Assembly (NCBI GenBank): GCA_947627755.1
Contig: CANQXD010000004.1
Span: 6,441 to 70,440 of the forward strand
Reading direction: 5' to 3'
DNA length: 64,000 bases
Origin: an uncultured Clostridia bacterium
Lineage (GTDB): Bacteria; Bacillota; Clostridia; TANB77; CAG-508
Positions 36,371-46,212 of this stretch are shown one piece after another (position 1 is the first letter of the stretch; the number at the start of each line of letters is the position of its first letter). The position numbers and the translations under genes are program-made. The notes beneath the pieces were generated by a model, which ran no database searches, was not told where the DNA came from, and saw nothing but the letters and a program-made list of their open reading frames with translations.

Positions 36371-36416
36371 GGGCTGTTACAAATTGTCCCAAATTAGAAT
36401 CAATTGGGCAATTTGT
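36371..36416 (+). repeat. GTCCC-core element family D, copy 1
   Basis: GGGCTGTTACAAATTGTCCCAAATTAGAATCAATTGGGCAATTTGT (internal inverted repeat). Confidence 0.7.
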
Positions 36417-36458
36417 GTTATTTACAATTTAAGTAAATGGAATAGTACAAATTGTTTC

Positions 36459-36857
36459 TTAACGAGGACCTAAAGTTCCAAACCATAAAGTCATTAATAT
36501 TAGTGTTCCATAGATAATAACTTGAGTAAGTGCATAAGTTGCATAAAAGGAAATTCCAAGTATTAAACTTAGTACCCTTATAAAATGAACATGTATTCCA
36601 TCTACTCCTGATTGCAGTGTTTTTTGCTTTTTATCAATTATTTCAGAGCTTGGAATCATATAAATTTCCGATAATTTATAAATCATATCTAAGTCTGGAA
36701 ATTCTAAATCACGTTCCCATTTTTTTATATTAATTTTTTGTACATTTATCATATTGATTTTTTCTACTAAGTCTTCTTCTGTAAGGTCATGCTGTTTTCT
36801 TGTTTCATATAGCCATTGACCAAAATCAATATAATCTTTATCCCTTTTCTTTTTCAT
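36459..36857 (-). CDS. XRE-type HTH protein with C-terminal TM helices
   Basis: FGQWLYETRKQHDLTEEDLVEKINM ... IKKWERD is a helix-turn-helix. The C-terminus has two hydrophobic helices. Confidence 0.6.
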   Translation of the reverse strand: MKKKRDKDYIDFGQWLYETRKQHDLTEEDLVEKINMINVQKINIKKWERDLEFPDLDMIYKLSEIYMIPSSEIIDKKQKTLQSGVDGIHVHFIRVLSLILGISFYATYALTQVIIYGTLILMTLWFGTLGPR

Positions 36858-36886
36858 TTCAACTTTATCTCCTGTATTATTCTTTT

Positions 36887-36940
36887 AAGGGGCGGTACAA
36901 ATTGTCCCGTTTGTCTCAATTTGGGACTGTCCCTAATTGC
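36887..36940 (+). repeat. GTCCC-core element family D, copy 2 (overlaps the stop of the FAD-oxidoreductase gene)
   Basis: AAGGGGCGGTACAAATTGTCCCGTTTGTCTCAATTTGGGACTGTCCCTAATTGC. Confidence 0.7.
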
Positions 36941-38363
36941 TACCAAGTATTCTTGCCATTTGAACACCAGAAGCAGATGCCATCATTAAGCCTCTTGTCA
37001 TTCCTCCACCATCTCCAATTGAATATAAGCCTTTAATGCTAGTTTCAAAATTTTTATCAATTACTACTTGATTGCTATAAAATTTAATTTCTGGTGCATA
37101 TAGTAAGTTTTCTGGGTTAGCAAATCCTTCTACTACTTTATCCATTTCACGAATGAATTGTAAAATATCTGTCATTGTTCTATATCCTAATGCAAACGTA
37201 ATATCTCCTGCTACTGCCGATTTTAAAGTAGGAACAATTTTATTGTTTTTTAGTTCCTCGTCCCATGTTCTTTTTCCTCTATAAATATCTCCTAAACGTT
37301 GAACTAATACGTTTCCATTTCCTAACTCATTTAAATTTTTTGCTACATTTCTACCATATTCTATTGGTTTATCAAATGGATAATTGAAATGATGTGATAC
37401 TAAAATGGCTAAATTGGTATTTGTGCTTTTCTTATCTTTATATGAATGTCCATTTACTAATGTTAAGTTGTTATCATATACTTCAGAAGAAACAAATCCA
37501 CTTGGATTTTGGCAGAAAGTTCTTACTTTATCGCCATAAGGCGCTGGTCTTCCAATAAATTTTCCCTCGTACATATATGTATTTATTTTTTGCATTACTT
37601 CGTCAGATAGTTCATATCTTACTCCAATATCAACAACTCCGGCTTCTGTTTTTATATTATGCTTTTCGCACATATTTACAAGCCAATTTGCTCCTTTTCT
37701 TCCTACTGCAATTACTACATTTTCTCCATAAATTTCTTCTACTTCTGACTCTTGTGCTTTTGCACTTCTTACTTTTACCCCTTTTGCTACACCATTTTCA
37801 ATAATTAAGTCTTCTACAATGGTTTCAAATTTTAAATCAATTTTATTTTCTTCTAAATAATCTTCTAGTTTCTTATATAATTCATGTGCTTTTTCAGTTC
37901 CTAAATGGCGAATTGGAATATCAATTAAAGTAAGTCCTTGCTTTTTTGCTTTTTTCTTAATTTCATTTACTTCTTCTTTATGTTCGGTTCCTTCTAATTT
38001 GGTATCTGCGCCAAAATCTAAATAAATTTGGTCTGTATAATCAATTAGTTTTTTGGTTTCTTCTATTCCTACATATTTGTGTAGGTTTCCTCCAACATAG
38101 AAATCTTCATCTTCTTTATTATATAAAGATAATTTTCCATCTGAAAAAGCTCCTGCTCCAGAAAATCCACTTGTAATATGGCAAAATGGTTTACATTTCA
38201 TACATTTTCCTGTTTTTTCAATAGGACAAACTCTATTTTCAACTCTTTTTCCTTGCTCAATTAGTAAAACTTTTTTGTTCTTGTTTATTTTTGTCATTTC
38301 ATACGCCATAAAAATCGCACCTGGTCCCATTCCTACTACTATTACATCATATTTTTCTTTCAT
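36933..38363 (-). CDS. FAD-dependent oxidoreductase (COG2509-like)
   Basis: YDVIVVGMGPGAIFMAYEM dinucleotide-binding motif and a C-terminal GLYSIGDGGG motif. Confidence 0.7.
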   Translation of the reverse strand: MKEKYDVIVVGMGPGAIFMAYEMTKINKNKKVLLIEQGKRVENRVCPIEKTGKCMKCKPFCHITSGFSGAGAFSDGKLSLYNKEDEDFYVGGNLHKYVGIEETKKLIDYTDQIYLDFGADTKLEGTEHKEEVNEIKKKAKKQGLTLIDIPIRHLGTEKAHELYKKLEDYLEENKIDLKFETIVEDLIIENGVAKGVKVRSAKAQESEVEEIYGENVVIAVGRKGANWLVNMCEKHNIKTEAGVVDIGVRYELSDEVMQKINTYMYEGKFIGRPAPYGDKVRTFCQNPSGFVSSEVYDNNLTLVNGHSYKDKKSTNTNLAILVSHHFNYPFDKPIEYGRNVAKNLNELGNGNVLVQRLGDIYRGKRTWDEELKNNKIVPTLKSAVAGDITFALGYRTMTDILQFIREMDKVVEGFANPENLLYAPEIKFYSNQVVIDKNFETSIKGLYSIGDGGGMTRGLMMASASGVQMARILGSN

Positions 38364-38419
38364 TTTTCATACATCCTTTCTTGTTTTACTCTATATTGAT
38401 AAGTGTTCATTTTTTTATT

Positions 38420-38656
38420 TTATAACACTTTTATGATTTCTCCCACGTCTTTTCCTTGGTTTTTTGGAATTTGAAGAATTTCAAATTTTGCTAATTTATC
38501 TCCAAATTTAATTTCTACAATGTCTCCTACTTTTACCTCATAGCTTGGTTTTACTATTTTTCCATTAACCACCACTCTTCGACCATCTGCTGCTTCATTT
38601 GCAATGGTTCTTCGTTTAATGACTCTTGCTACTTTTAAAAATTTATCGATTCTCAT
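38420..38656 (-). CDS. rqcP: S4-domain RNA-binding protein (YabO/RqcP-like)
   Basis: MRIDKFLKVARVIKRRTIANEAADGRRVVVNGKIVKPSYEVKVGDIV closely parallels B. subtilis YabO as I remember it. Confidence 0.6.
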   Translation of the reverse strand: MRIDKFLKVARVIKRRTIANEAADGRRVVVNGKIVKPSYEVKVGDIVEIKFGDKLAKFEILQIPKNQGKDVGEIIKVL

Positions 38657-38963
38657 TTAAACCTTCTTTCTTTTTATAAATTTAATTCTTATCTTTTACG
38701 CGTTCTTATTATATCATAATATATAGCATCTCACAATATAAAAATAGAAAGATTTTAAAGACTTTATGGAGTATATAAACCTTTTATTTGAGTTAGTACA
38801 AAAAATAAAAAATGTGTGACATTCTCAATTAAATATAAAAAAAGTAGCACATACAGTACCACTTTTGCTTTAATATATTTATTTAATATATTTAATTCAA
38901 ACTCTAAATTTAATAAGGTAAAATAGAATTTTTTTAATTTATACAGTTAAATTGATACTCTCA

Positions 38964-40247
38964 TTATGACGCAGGTGTATCAATATAAAGTATAGGTCTA
39001 AATGTATATTGCTTGTAGTAAGCGTTAGCAGGGTCGCTACCACGATTAGCACTGAAGTTACTGTCGGGATACTTACAACCCCCTCCTCTAACAGTACAAG
39101 TATAATTGTAAGACTCCTCAGTTCCCTCTCTTGTACCCGTTCGTGTGCAGTTTTCTGTTGTCCATTCATGACAATTACTTGCCATATCATTTATTTTACA
39201 TACTTCATCTTTAATTGTTCCAGTATTGCTTAAATTTTTATTTATTGTATTTGTTCTCGAATAATTTTGGTTATTTGAAAAATTTTGTATATATACAATA
39301 GCAGTATCATACGCATAACTATTTACTAAATCAGAACTTATTGTACTATACATATTTTCACATGCTTTTGCTGCATCTATTTGCGTTATATTATTCCATA
39401 AGTATCCTTCCGTTGTTGGTGCAGTATCTGTGTCATTAGGGTTGTTAGAAACTTTTGAATTTGGCTTATTATCTTTTCCATAGCTTGCCTCATATCTTGC
39501 AATATAATAACCTCCATTTGCTCCTACACTATCTATAAATCCTTTTAAATCTTTCGCTGTTCGATTTGTTCCTACATTAAGGTTTGCTACACCATCACGA
39601 TAAACCTTTAATTCAGAATAATATTGATCTATTACTGTTTCGTTCGCATAATTTTCTGCTGTTTGTTCTAACTTTTCTTTTCCATTATCACCAAAGGTAT
39701 ATCTTCCTAATGTAATTTCAATTTCTTCGTTGCCTTTTTTAATTTTATTTGTTCCTTTTCCATCTATATTGCTTACTGGTATCCATACATACTGGTTTCC
39801 TCTACCATTTCCTATTCCTTCTATAACATCATCATCTTCTATGACTATTCCTTCTGTTACATTGGTTCCTGAATCTGCTGCTATTTTAAATCCTGCTGGT
39901 ATCACTATAGGATTATTATATTGATCATATACAGTTGTGTTGTTAACAACCCTTTCTTTACCTATATAATCTTTTAGTTGTGGTTCGATTGGTTTTGGTG
40001 GGGCTTGTTCTTCCGGTGGATTTCCCACATAAGTTCCAATTTCATTATATAAAGTGTTAAACATTTCTTGTTCATTGATAGCTGCTTGTTGATAGTCTTC
40101 TGCTGCTTGTCTTGCTCTTGTAAATAATCCATTTTCTCCTAATACTAAATTAATACTTACTCCTGCTAGAATAATAAGCACTACAATGGTAATGACTAAT
40201 GCAATTAAAGTTATACCTTTACTATATTTGTTATTTTTCTTTTTCAT
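38964..40247 (-). CDS. pilin-like N-terminal segment + FGE/SUMF1-like domain protein, paralog P4
   Basis: KGITLIALVITIVVLIILAGVSINLVLGENGLF. NGGYYIARYEAS, HEWTTE, VRGGG, YTFRPILY. Confidence 0.6.
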   Translation of the reverse strand: MKKKNNKYSKGITLIALVITIVVLIILAGVSINLVLGENGLFTRARQAAEDYQQAAINEQEMFNTLYNEIGTYVGNPPEEQAPPKPIEPQLKDYIGKERVVNNTTVYDQYNNPIVIPAGFKIAADSGTNVTEGIVIEDDDVIEGIGNGRGNQYVWIPVSNIDGKGTNKIKKGNEEIEITLGRYTFGDNGKEKLEQTAENYANETVIDQYYSELKVYRDGVANLNVGTNRTAKDLKGFIDSVGANGGYYIARYEASYGKDNKPNSKVSNNPNDTDTAPTTEGYLWNNITQIDAAKACENMYSTISSDLVNSYAYDTAIVYIQNFSNNQNYSRTNTINKNLSNTGTIKDEVCKINDMASNCHEWTTENCTRTGTREGTEESYNYTCTVRGGGCKYPDSNFSANRGSDPANAYYKQYTFRPILYIDTPAS

Positions 40248-40569
40248 TCTTCATTTGTTCTCCTTTCTATTTTTTCTTAGTTTTCTTTTTTCTTTATTTT
40301 TTATACTTGTTTTTTCTTTTTAAGTACTTTATGTTTATAAGTTACTACTATTTTATATTGTAAATTTTACCATTGTTTTACTTCACGGTCAAGTATTTTT
40401 GTAAATTTCTTTGTTAAGAGTTTACGAAAAACTTTTTTATAAAAATTTTAAACAAAAAAATTGATAAATAATTCACTTTGCTTAAAAATATGATACTATA
40501 CAAAACAAAAAGAATTGAAATTATTCAATCCTTCTTGTGTTATATTTTTTACTTATTTTTTAAGCTTTT

Positions 40570-40600
40570 GGAAAAATTTAGACGCATCCCAAATCTTTCC
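40570..40600. repeat. GGGAC-core hairpin family C, copy 3
   Basis: GGAAAAATTTAGACGCATCCCAAATCTTTCC abuts the ATPase stop codon. Confidence 0.65.
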
Positions 40601-43333
40601 TTATTCTTCTTTTATAGTATTAATTTTTAACAATTTAAATATTTCCACAATTACAATTGGCGATAGTACTAAAAGAATTACTTCTATAATATTGGCTGTT
40701 GGTAGAACTGGTATACTAAAGATGTGTCTTAAGCTTGGAATGAATAAAATAACAAGCATTAAAGCTGCAGATACACCAATAGCTAATAATAAGTATTTAT
40801 TATTAAATGGATTTGTTTTGAAGATTGATTTTTTATTATTCCTAATATTAAACAGATGCACAAGTTCTGATAAAGCAAGAACAGTAAATGCCATTGTTTG
40901 CCCAATTTCCACTTTAACTTCTTCTACAGTTAAACCTTCTACTATAGGAAGGTTTTCTTCTGGTGTTGCAAGACCAATTAAGAAAGCTGCTAAAGTAATA
41001 AATCCTATCATCAATCCTTGGTAAATAATGCGCCATGTCATACCTTTTGTGAAAATGCCTTTACTTGGTTTCTTTGGTTTTCTATCCATTACATCTTTTT
41101 CTGCTGGGTCTACTGCTAAAGCTAGTGCTGGTAGAGAATCTGTTACTAAGTTAATCCACAAAATATGAATTGGAAGTAAAGGCACGATTAAGTTTACATC
41201 AATACCAAAGAAGTTTGATATCCATGGAGTAATTAAAATTGCAACAAATAATACTACAATTTCCCCTACATTGCTAGATAGTAGGAATTGAATTGCTTTT
41301 AAAATATTGTCATAAATACGTCTTCCTTCTTCTACTGCAGATACTACTGTTGCAAAGTTATCATCTGTTAAAATGACATCAGCTGCTTCTTTTGCAACGT
41401 CGGTTCCTACCATTCCCATGCTACAACCAATGTCTGCTGTTTTTAAAGAAGGTGCATCATTTACGCCATCTCCTGTCATAGCTACTATTTCGCCTTGTTT
41501 TTGCCATGCTTTTACAATTCGTACTTTGTGCTCTGGTGACACTCTTGCATATACACTATAGTTTCTAATGTTTTTCTCTAATTCTTCTTGTGACATTTCT
41601 TCTAGTTCTTTTCCAGTAATTGCTTCTTCTTCATTTTCAAGAATTCCTAATTGTTTAGCAATAGCGGTTGCTGTAATTTTATGGTCTCCTGTAATCATAA
41701 CTGTTTTTATGCCAGCTCTTTTACATTTTTCTACCGCTTTTTTTGCTTCTTCTCTTGGTGGATCTATCATTCCTACCATTCCTATATAAATTAGGTTACT
41801 TTCTAAGTCTTTTATTTCTTCTTTTTCTGGTTTGTGGTCTAATTCTTTATAAGCCATAGCAAGCACTCTTAATGCTTCTTTTGCCATTGCTTCGTTATTT
41901 ACTTCAATTACTTTTGTGTATTCCTCTAAGTCTGTTTTTATTTCACCATTTATGTTATAACTTGTGCAACGTTTTAGAAGTTCGTCTATACCTCCTTTTG
42001 TATAAACAATGTATTTGTCTCCTATTTCGTGAACAGTAGTCATTAGTTTTCTATCTGAATCAAAAGGAATTTCCTCTACTCTTGGATATTCTTCTAAAAC
42101 AGATGGATTAAAGTCAAGTGCAAAGCCCATATCTATCAAAGCTGTTTCAGTGGGATCACCTGTTAATTGATTGTCTTGACCTACCTTAGTATCGTTGCAA
42201 AGCATACTAATATATACTAATTGTTTCAATTCTTCATTATTGTTATTTACCTGGGCATCTTCTACATTTTGTAAAATATTATCGTAGAATACTTTTTGCA
42301 CTGTCATTTTGTTTTGTGTTAAGGTTCCTGTTTTATCTGAGCAAATAACGGTACTACTTCCTAAAGTTTCTACGGCTGGAAGTTTTTTTACAATGGCATT
42401 TTTCTTAACCATTCTTTGCACGCCAATAGCAAGTACAATGGTAGATACCGCTGCTAAACCTTCTGGAATTGCTGCTACTGCTAAACTTACTGCTGTCATA
42501 AACATTTCCATCGCATTTTTTCCAATAGCAATTCCAACTATAAAAATAACAATACAAATAACAATTGCTACAATTCCCAATGTTTTGCCTAATTTGTTTA
42601 GTTTATTTTGAAGAGGAGTTTCAGTTTCTATGGTGTCGTTAAGAATTCCTGCTATTTTTCCTACTTCTGTATTCATTCCTGTTTCTACTACTATTCCTTT
42701 GCCTCTACCATAAGTTACTAAACTTGATGAAAAAGCTTGATTTGTTCTATCTCCAATTCCTACTTTTTCTTCACTTATTGCTATGGTATTTTTGTCTACT
42801 GGCACAGATTCTCCTGTTAAAGAAGATTCTTGTACTTTTAAATTAACCGCTTCTATTAACCTTACGTCTGCTGCAATGTAGTCGCCTGTTTCTAATACCA
42901 CAATGTCGCCTGGTACTAATTCTCTTGCAGGAGCAACAATCAATTTTCCATTTCGAATTACCTTAGCTGCGTGGCTGCTTAGTTTCTGCAATGCCTCCAA
43001 TGATTTTTCTGCTTTACTTTCTTGAGCAACACCAATAATAGCATTTACTACCACTACTATTAAAATAATAATGGTGTCTGTAATGCCCTCTCCTTCCATA
43101 ATTCCAACTACGCCAGAAATAATAGCTGCAATAATTAAAATGATAATCATAAAATCTTTAAATTCTTCTAAAAATTTTACCAATAAGCTCTTTTTCTTTT
43201 TAGCTTTTAGTTCATTATATCCATACTGCATTCTTTTTTGTTCTACTTGCTCTTCTGTTAGTCCTTTTTCTTCGTTGGTTTGTAATATTTCACAAGTTTC
43301 TTCTACTGTTTTATTAAACCATTTATTTTCCAA
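40601..43333 (-). CDS. P-type Ca2+-transporting ATPase (P2 type)
   Basis: CSDKTGTLT, TGDHKITA, MTGDGVNDAP and PEGL motifs with about 10 TM helices. The probable TTG start at 43333 follows a GGAGAAG RBS. The track start at 43378 is an alternative. Confidence 0.85.
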   Translation of the reverse strand: MENKWFNKTVEETCEILQTNEEKGLTEEQVEQKRMQYGYNELKAKKKKSLLVKFLEEFKDFMIIILIIAAIISGVVGIMEGEGITDTIIILIVVVVNAIIGVAQESKAEKSLEALQKLSSHAAKVIRNGKLIVAPARELVPGDIVVLETGDYIAADVRLIEAVNLKVQESSLTGESVPVDKNTIAISEEKVGIGDRTNQAFSSSLVTYGRGKGIVVETGMNTEVGKIAGILNDTIETETPLQNKLNKLGKTLGIVAIVICIVIFIVGIAIGKNAMEMFMTAVSLAVAAIPEGLAAVSTIVLAIGVQRMVKKNAIVKKLPAVETLGSSTVICSDKTGTLTQNKMTVQKVFYDNILQNVEDAQVNNNNEELKQLVYISMLCNDTKVGQDNQLTGDPTETALIDMGFALDFNPSVLEEYPRVEEIPFDSDRKLMTTVHEIGDKYIVYTKGGIDELLKRCTSYNINGEIKTDLEEYTKVIEVNNEAMAKEALRVLAMAYKELDHKPEKEEIKDLESNLIYIGMVGMIDPPREEAKKAVEKCKRAGIKTVMITGDHKITATAIAKQLGILENEEEAITGKELEEMSQEELEKNIRNYSVYARVSPEHKVRIVKAWQKQGEIVAMTGDGVNDAPSLKTADIGCSMGMVGTDVAKEAADVILTDDNFATVVSAVEEGRRIYDNILKAIQFLLSSNVGEIVVLFVAILITPWISNFFGIDVNLIVPLLPIHILWINLVTDSLPALALAVDPAEKDVMDRKPKKPSKGIFTKGMTWRIIYQGLMIGFITLAAFLIGLATPEENLPIVEGLTVEEVKVEIGQTMAFTVLALSELVHLFNIRNNKKSIFKTNPFNNKYLLLAIGVSAALMLVILFIPSLRHIFSIPVLPTANIIEVILLVLSPIVIVEIFKLLKINTIKEE

Positions 43334-43476
43334 ATTACATCTTCTCCTTTTTCTTTTTACTATTATATACAAAAACAAATATTTTTAAAGAGTTTTTGGA
43401 AATTTTTATTATTTATTTTATGCTCTTTCTCTTGAAAGCTTTACTAAAATACGGTATAATAATATTAGTTTTATTT

Positions 43477-43551
<75 letters not shown>

Positions 43552-43588
43552 TGACGTATCTATTCGAACTTTTATAGAAACGTACATA

Positions 43589-43628
43589 AAAAATCAATCA
43601 GAATTAAACTGATTGATTTTTTTTTTGC
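43589..43628 (+). terminator. intrinsic terminator after tRNA-Gly
   Basis: AATCAATCAG-AATTAAA-CTGATTGATT followed by a T10 run. Confidence 0.75.
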
Positions 43629-43679
43629 AAAAAATTATCCTAAATTTATAATGAAAGGATGGTTTCTGATAGGTATAAC

Positions 43680-44870
43680 TTATATGGCTATTTCTATTGC
43701 TTTTTGTAATTGAGTATCATTTTCTTCTACACTATACAAACTTTCTCCCTCTGGCAATTCCACTTCTATATCTGGCTTAATTCCAATTTTATGAATCGTA
43801 TTGTGGTTTGGTGTATAGTATTCACTTGTAGTTAATTTTATACCGCTTCCATCATTAAAACTATAAATGGTTTGAATAATGCCTTTTCCATAAGTAGTAG
43901 TTCCTACAATTGTAACATTTTCATTATTTTCTTTTACTGCTGCTGACAATATTTCAGATGCACTGGCTGTGTTCTCATTTACTAATATAACAATTGGTAC
44001 AGTAATAGTTTTATCATTCTTTGCTTTTGTAATTTCTTCTTTTTTATCTTTACTTTCGGTAATCAATAGTGTTTTATCTTTTTCTACCATCATATCAGCT
44101 ATATTAATTGCTTCATCTACTATTCCTCCACCATTGTTTCGTAAATCAATTATTAAATTTGAAATAGTATTATTGCTTTGTAGTTCTTCCCATTTTTGTT
44201 TAAATTCGTCATAAGTTCCCTCATCAAAACTAGAAACTTGCATATATCCAATATTATTTTCTAATGTTTTAGCTTCTACATGATTGATTTTTACTTCTCT
44301 TCTTTCTACTTCTAATGTAAGTACTTCTTCTCCTCTTAATATTTCTATTTGTACTTTTGTTCCTGCTTCTTGTTTTAGTGCACTAGAAGCTTCGCTTAAT
44401 TGTTCTCCTGTATAAGCAATTCCATCTACTTTTGTAATTATATCCCCTGATTTCAAACCTGCTTCTTCTGCTGGTGAACCTTTCATTGGCATTAAAACAA
44501 CAATTTGATTTGTTTCTGTATTATTTGCAATATAAACTCCTATTCCTACATACTTTCCTGTTGCTTCTTGCATATAATCTTCCATTTCTTCTTTTGTTAT
44601 ATATTCTGAATATTCATCATTTAAACCTGCTACATAGCCTTTAATAGCAGACTCTAACATAGCAGAATCATCTATTTCACCCAAATAATTTTTCTCAATA
44701 AATTTTCTAAACGTTTGGAAGGTTCTTCCTATGCTATCAGTTGCAATATATTTTACATTTCCGCTTCCTAATATACGATACATTCCAACAGATGTAATAA
44801 TGAAAGTAATGGCTGCTGTTAGAATAATTAGCATAATGGTTTTATAAACTTTTTGTGTTTTTTGTGACAT
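43680..44870 (-). CDS. S41 carboxy-terminal processing protease (CtpA/CtpB-like) with PDZ domain
   Basis: N-terminal TM, a PDZ domain (GSPAEEAGLKSGDIITKVDG) and a catalytic region (NENTASASEIL). Confidence 0.85.
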   Translation of the reverse strand: MSQKTQKVYKTIMLIILTAAITFIITSVGMYRILGSGNVKYIATDSIGRTFQTFRKFIEKNYLGEIDDSAMLESAIKGYVAGLNDEYSEYITKEEMEDYMQEATGKYVGIGVYIANNTETNQIVVLMPMKGSPAEEAGLKSGDIITKVDGIAYTGEQLSEASSALKQEAGTKVQIEILRGEEVLTLEVERREVKINHVEAKTLENNIGYMQVSSFDEGTYDEFKQKWEELQSNNTISNLIIDLRNNGGGIVDEAINIADMMVEKDKTLLITESKDKKEEITKAKNDKTITVPIVILVNENTASASEILSAAVKENNENVTIVGTTTYGKGIIQTIYSFNDGSGIKLTTSEYYTPNHNTIHKIGIKPDIEVELPEGESLYSVEENDTQLQKAIEIAI

Positions 44871-44986
44871 ACTTTTTCCTCCCTTAAGTACCTATTCTTT
44901 TTTATTATACTCTTTTTTGCAAAAATTAGAAGTTAGAACAACAAAACTTATTCTAACTTTTGTTATATAATAGAATATTCTATTTT

Positions 44987-46135
44987 TTAATTAGTTACTT
45001 GTAAATAAGGATGTGGATTTACAGGTGTTCCGTTTATTCTTACTTCAAAATGTAAGTGTGGACCTGTTGAAACACCAGTTGAACCAACTTCCATAATTAA
45101 GTCTCCTTTTTTTACTTCTGTTCCTACGCTTGTTAATATTTTTTGCCCATGTCCATATAAAGTAGATATTCCATTTCCATGATTAATCATAACACAATTT
45201 CCATATCCACCATAATAGCTTGCCATAGAAACAACTCCATCTGCTGCTGCAATAACTGGTGCACCAAAACCTGCATTTCCTATATCTATTCCTGTATGTG
45301 CCTTTTCTACACCTTGTATAGGGTGCTCTCTAATACCAAAATCTGACGTAATGTATGTACCACTTTTTGCAACTGGCCATAACATAACTCCACCTGTATA
45401 TTCTCCATCATAAACATAGCCATTTGCTGCAAGTTGAATTAATTGTTCTATTGTTGCTTGCTCTTCTTTATATTTTTGAATATTCTCTTGTAACTGCTTT
45501 TCTTCTTCTGATAATCTACTAATTGCATTTTCTTGAATGGTTTTATTATTTTGCATAATAATTTTTGTTTGTTCTTGCTTTACTTTTAATAATTTTAATT
45601 CTGCTTTTTCTTTTTCTAACTGCGTTTTCTTTGTTTCAATATCATCTCTTTCTTTTCCGATACTATCTAATAGTTCATTGTCACTCTTTATCATTTCTTG
45701 TATAAAATAATAATTTGAAATAAATTCTATGATATTAGCAGAGTTTAGTAGTACATCTAAATAAGTAGTTTCTCCACATTCATACATAACAACTAATCTT
45801 TGTTCCATTATTTTTTGATTTTCATCATATTGTTTTTGTACTACTTCTAATGCTTTCGTTGTTTCTTCTACGTTTGCTTGAAGAGTTGTTAATTTTTCTT
45901 CCATATCTGCTATTTCTTTTTCTGAATTTTTTATAGTATCATCTAATTCTTGTATTTTTACAACTGCTGATGATAGTTCTTCTTCTACATATTGTAGTTT
46001 TTGTTCTGCTTCTTCTTGTTTTTCTTGCGACTCTTGTTTTTGTTCTTCTAATGATGCTGCTTGTAGTTTAGGCATAAAGAAAAAGCATGATAGTAATGAA
46101 ATAAGAATTAAAACTGAAATCACTTTACTTTTCAT
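44987..46135 (-). CDS. coiled-coil + M23 (LytM) peptidase, EnvC/PcsB-like, paralog 1
   Basis: Signal peptide, about 200 aa of coiled coil, then HTGIDI ... GSTGVSTGPHLHFEV. Confidence 0.8.
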   Translation of the reverse strand: MKSKVISVLILISLLSCFFFMPKLQAASLEEQKQESQEKQEEAEQKLQYVEEELSSAVVKIQELDDTIKNSEKEIADMEEKLTTLQANVEETTKALEVVQKQYDENQKIMEQRLVVMYECGETTYLDVLLNSANIIEFISNYYFIQEMIKSDNELLDSIGKERDDIETKKTQLEKEKAELKLLKVKQEQTKIIMQNNKTIQENAISRLSEEEKQLQENIQKYKEEQATIEQLIQLAANGYVYDGEYTGGVMLWPVAKSGTYITSDFGIREHPIQGVEKAHTGIDIGNAGFGAPVIAAADGVVSMASYYGGYGNCVMINHGNGISTLYGHGQKILTSVGTEVKKGDLIMEVGSTGVSTGPHLHFEVRINGTPVNPHPYLQVTN

Positions 46136-46162
46136 ACTTTCCCTCCCTTTTTTGTGTTTCTT

Positions 46163-46197
46163 GGGTGTCTCTTTGGGGACGTTTCCTAAAGAGACAT
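46163..46197 (+). repeat. GGGAC-core element family A partial copy
   Basis: GGGTGTCTCTTTGGGGACGTTTCCTAAAGAGACAT matches the core of the copy inside dnaE. Confidence 0.75.
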
Positions 46198-46212
46198 TAT
46201 TTTTATATTTGG

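Noticed and set aside
38939-39190. 83-aa minus-strand ORF overlapping the 3' end of pilin-like paralog P4 in another frame.
   Set aside because: It lies entirely within or adjacent to a longer ORF that has recognisable motifs. There is no independent support.
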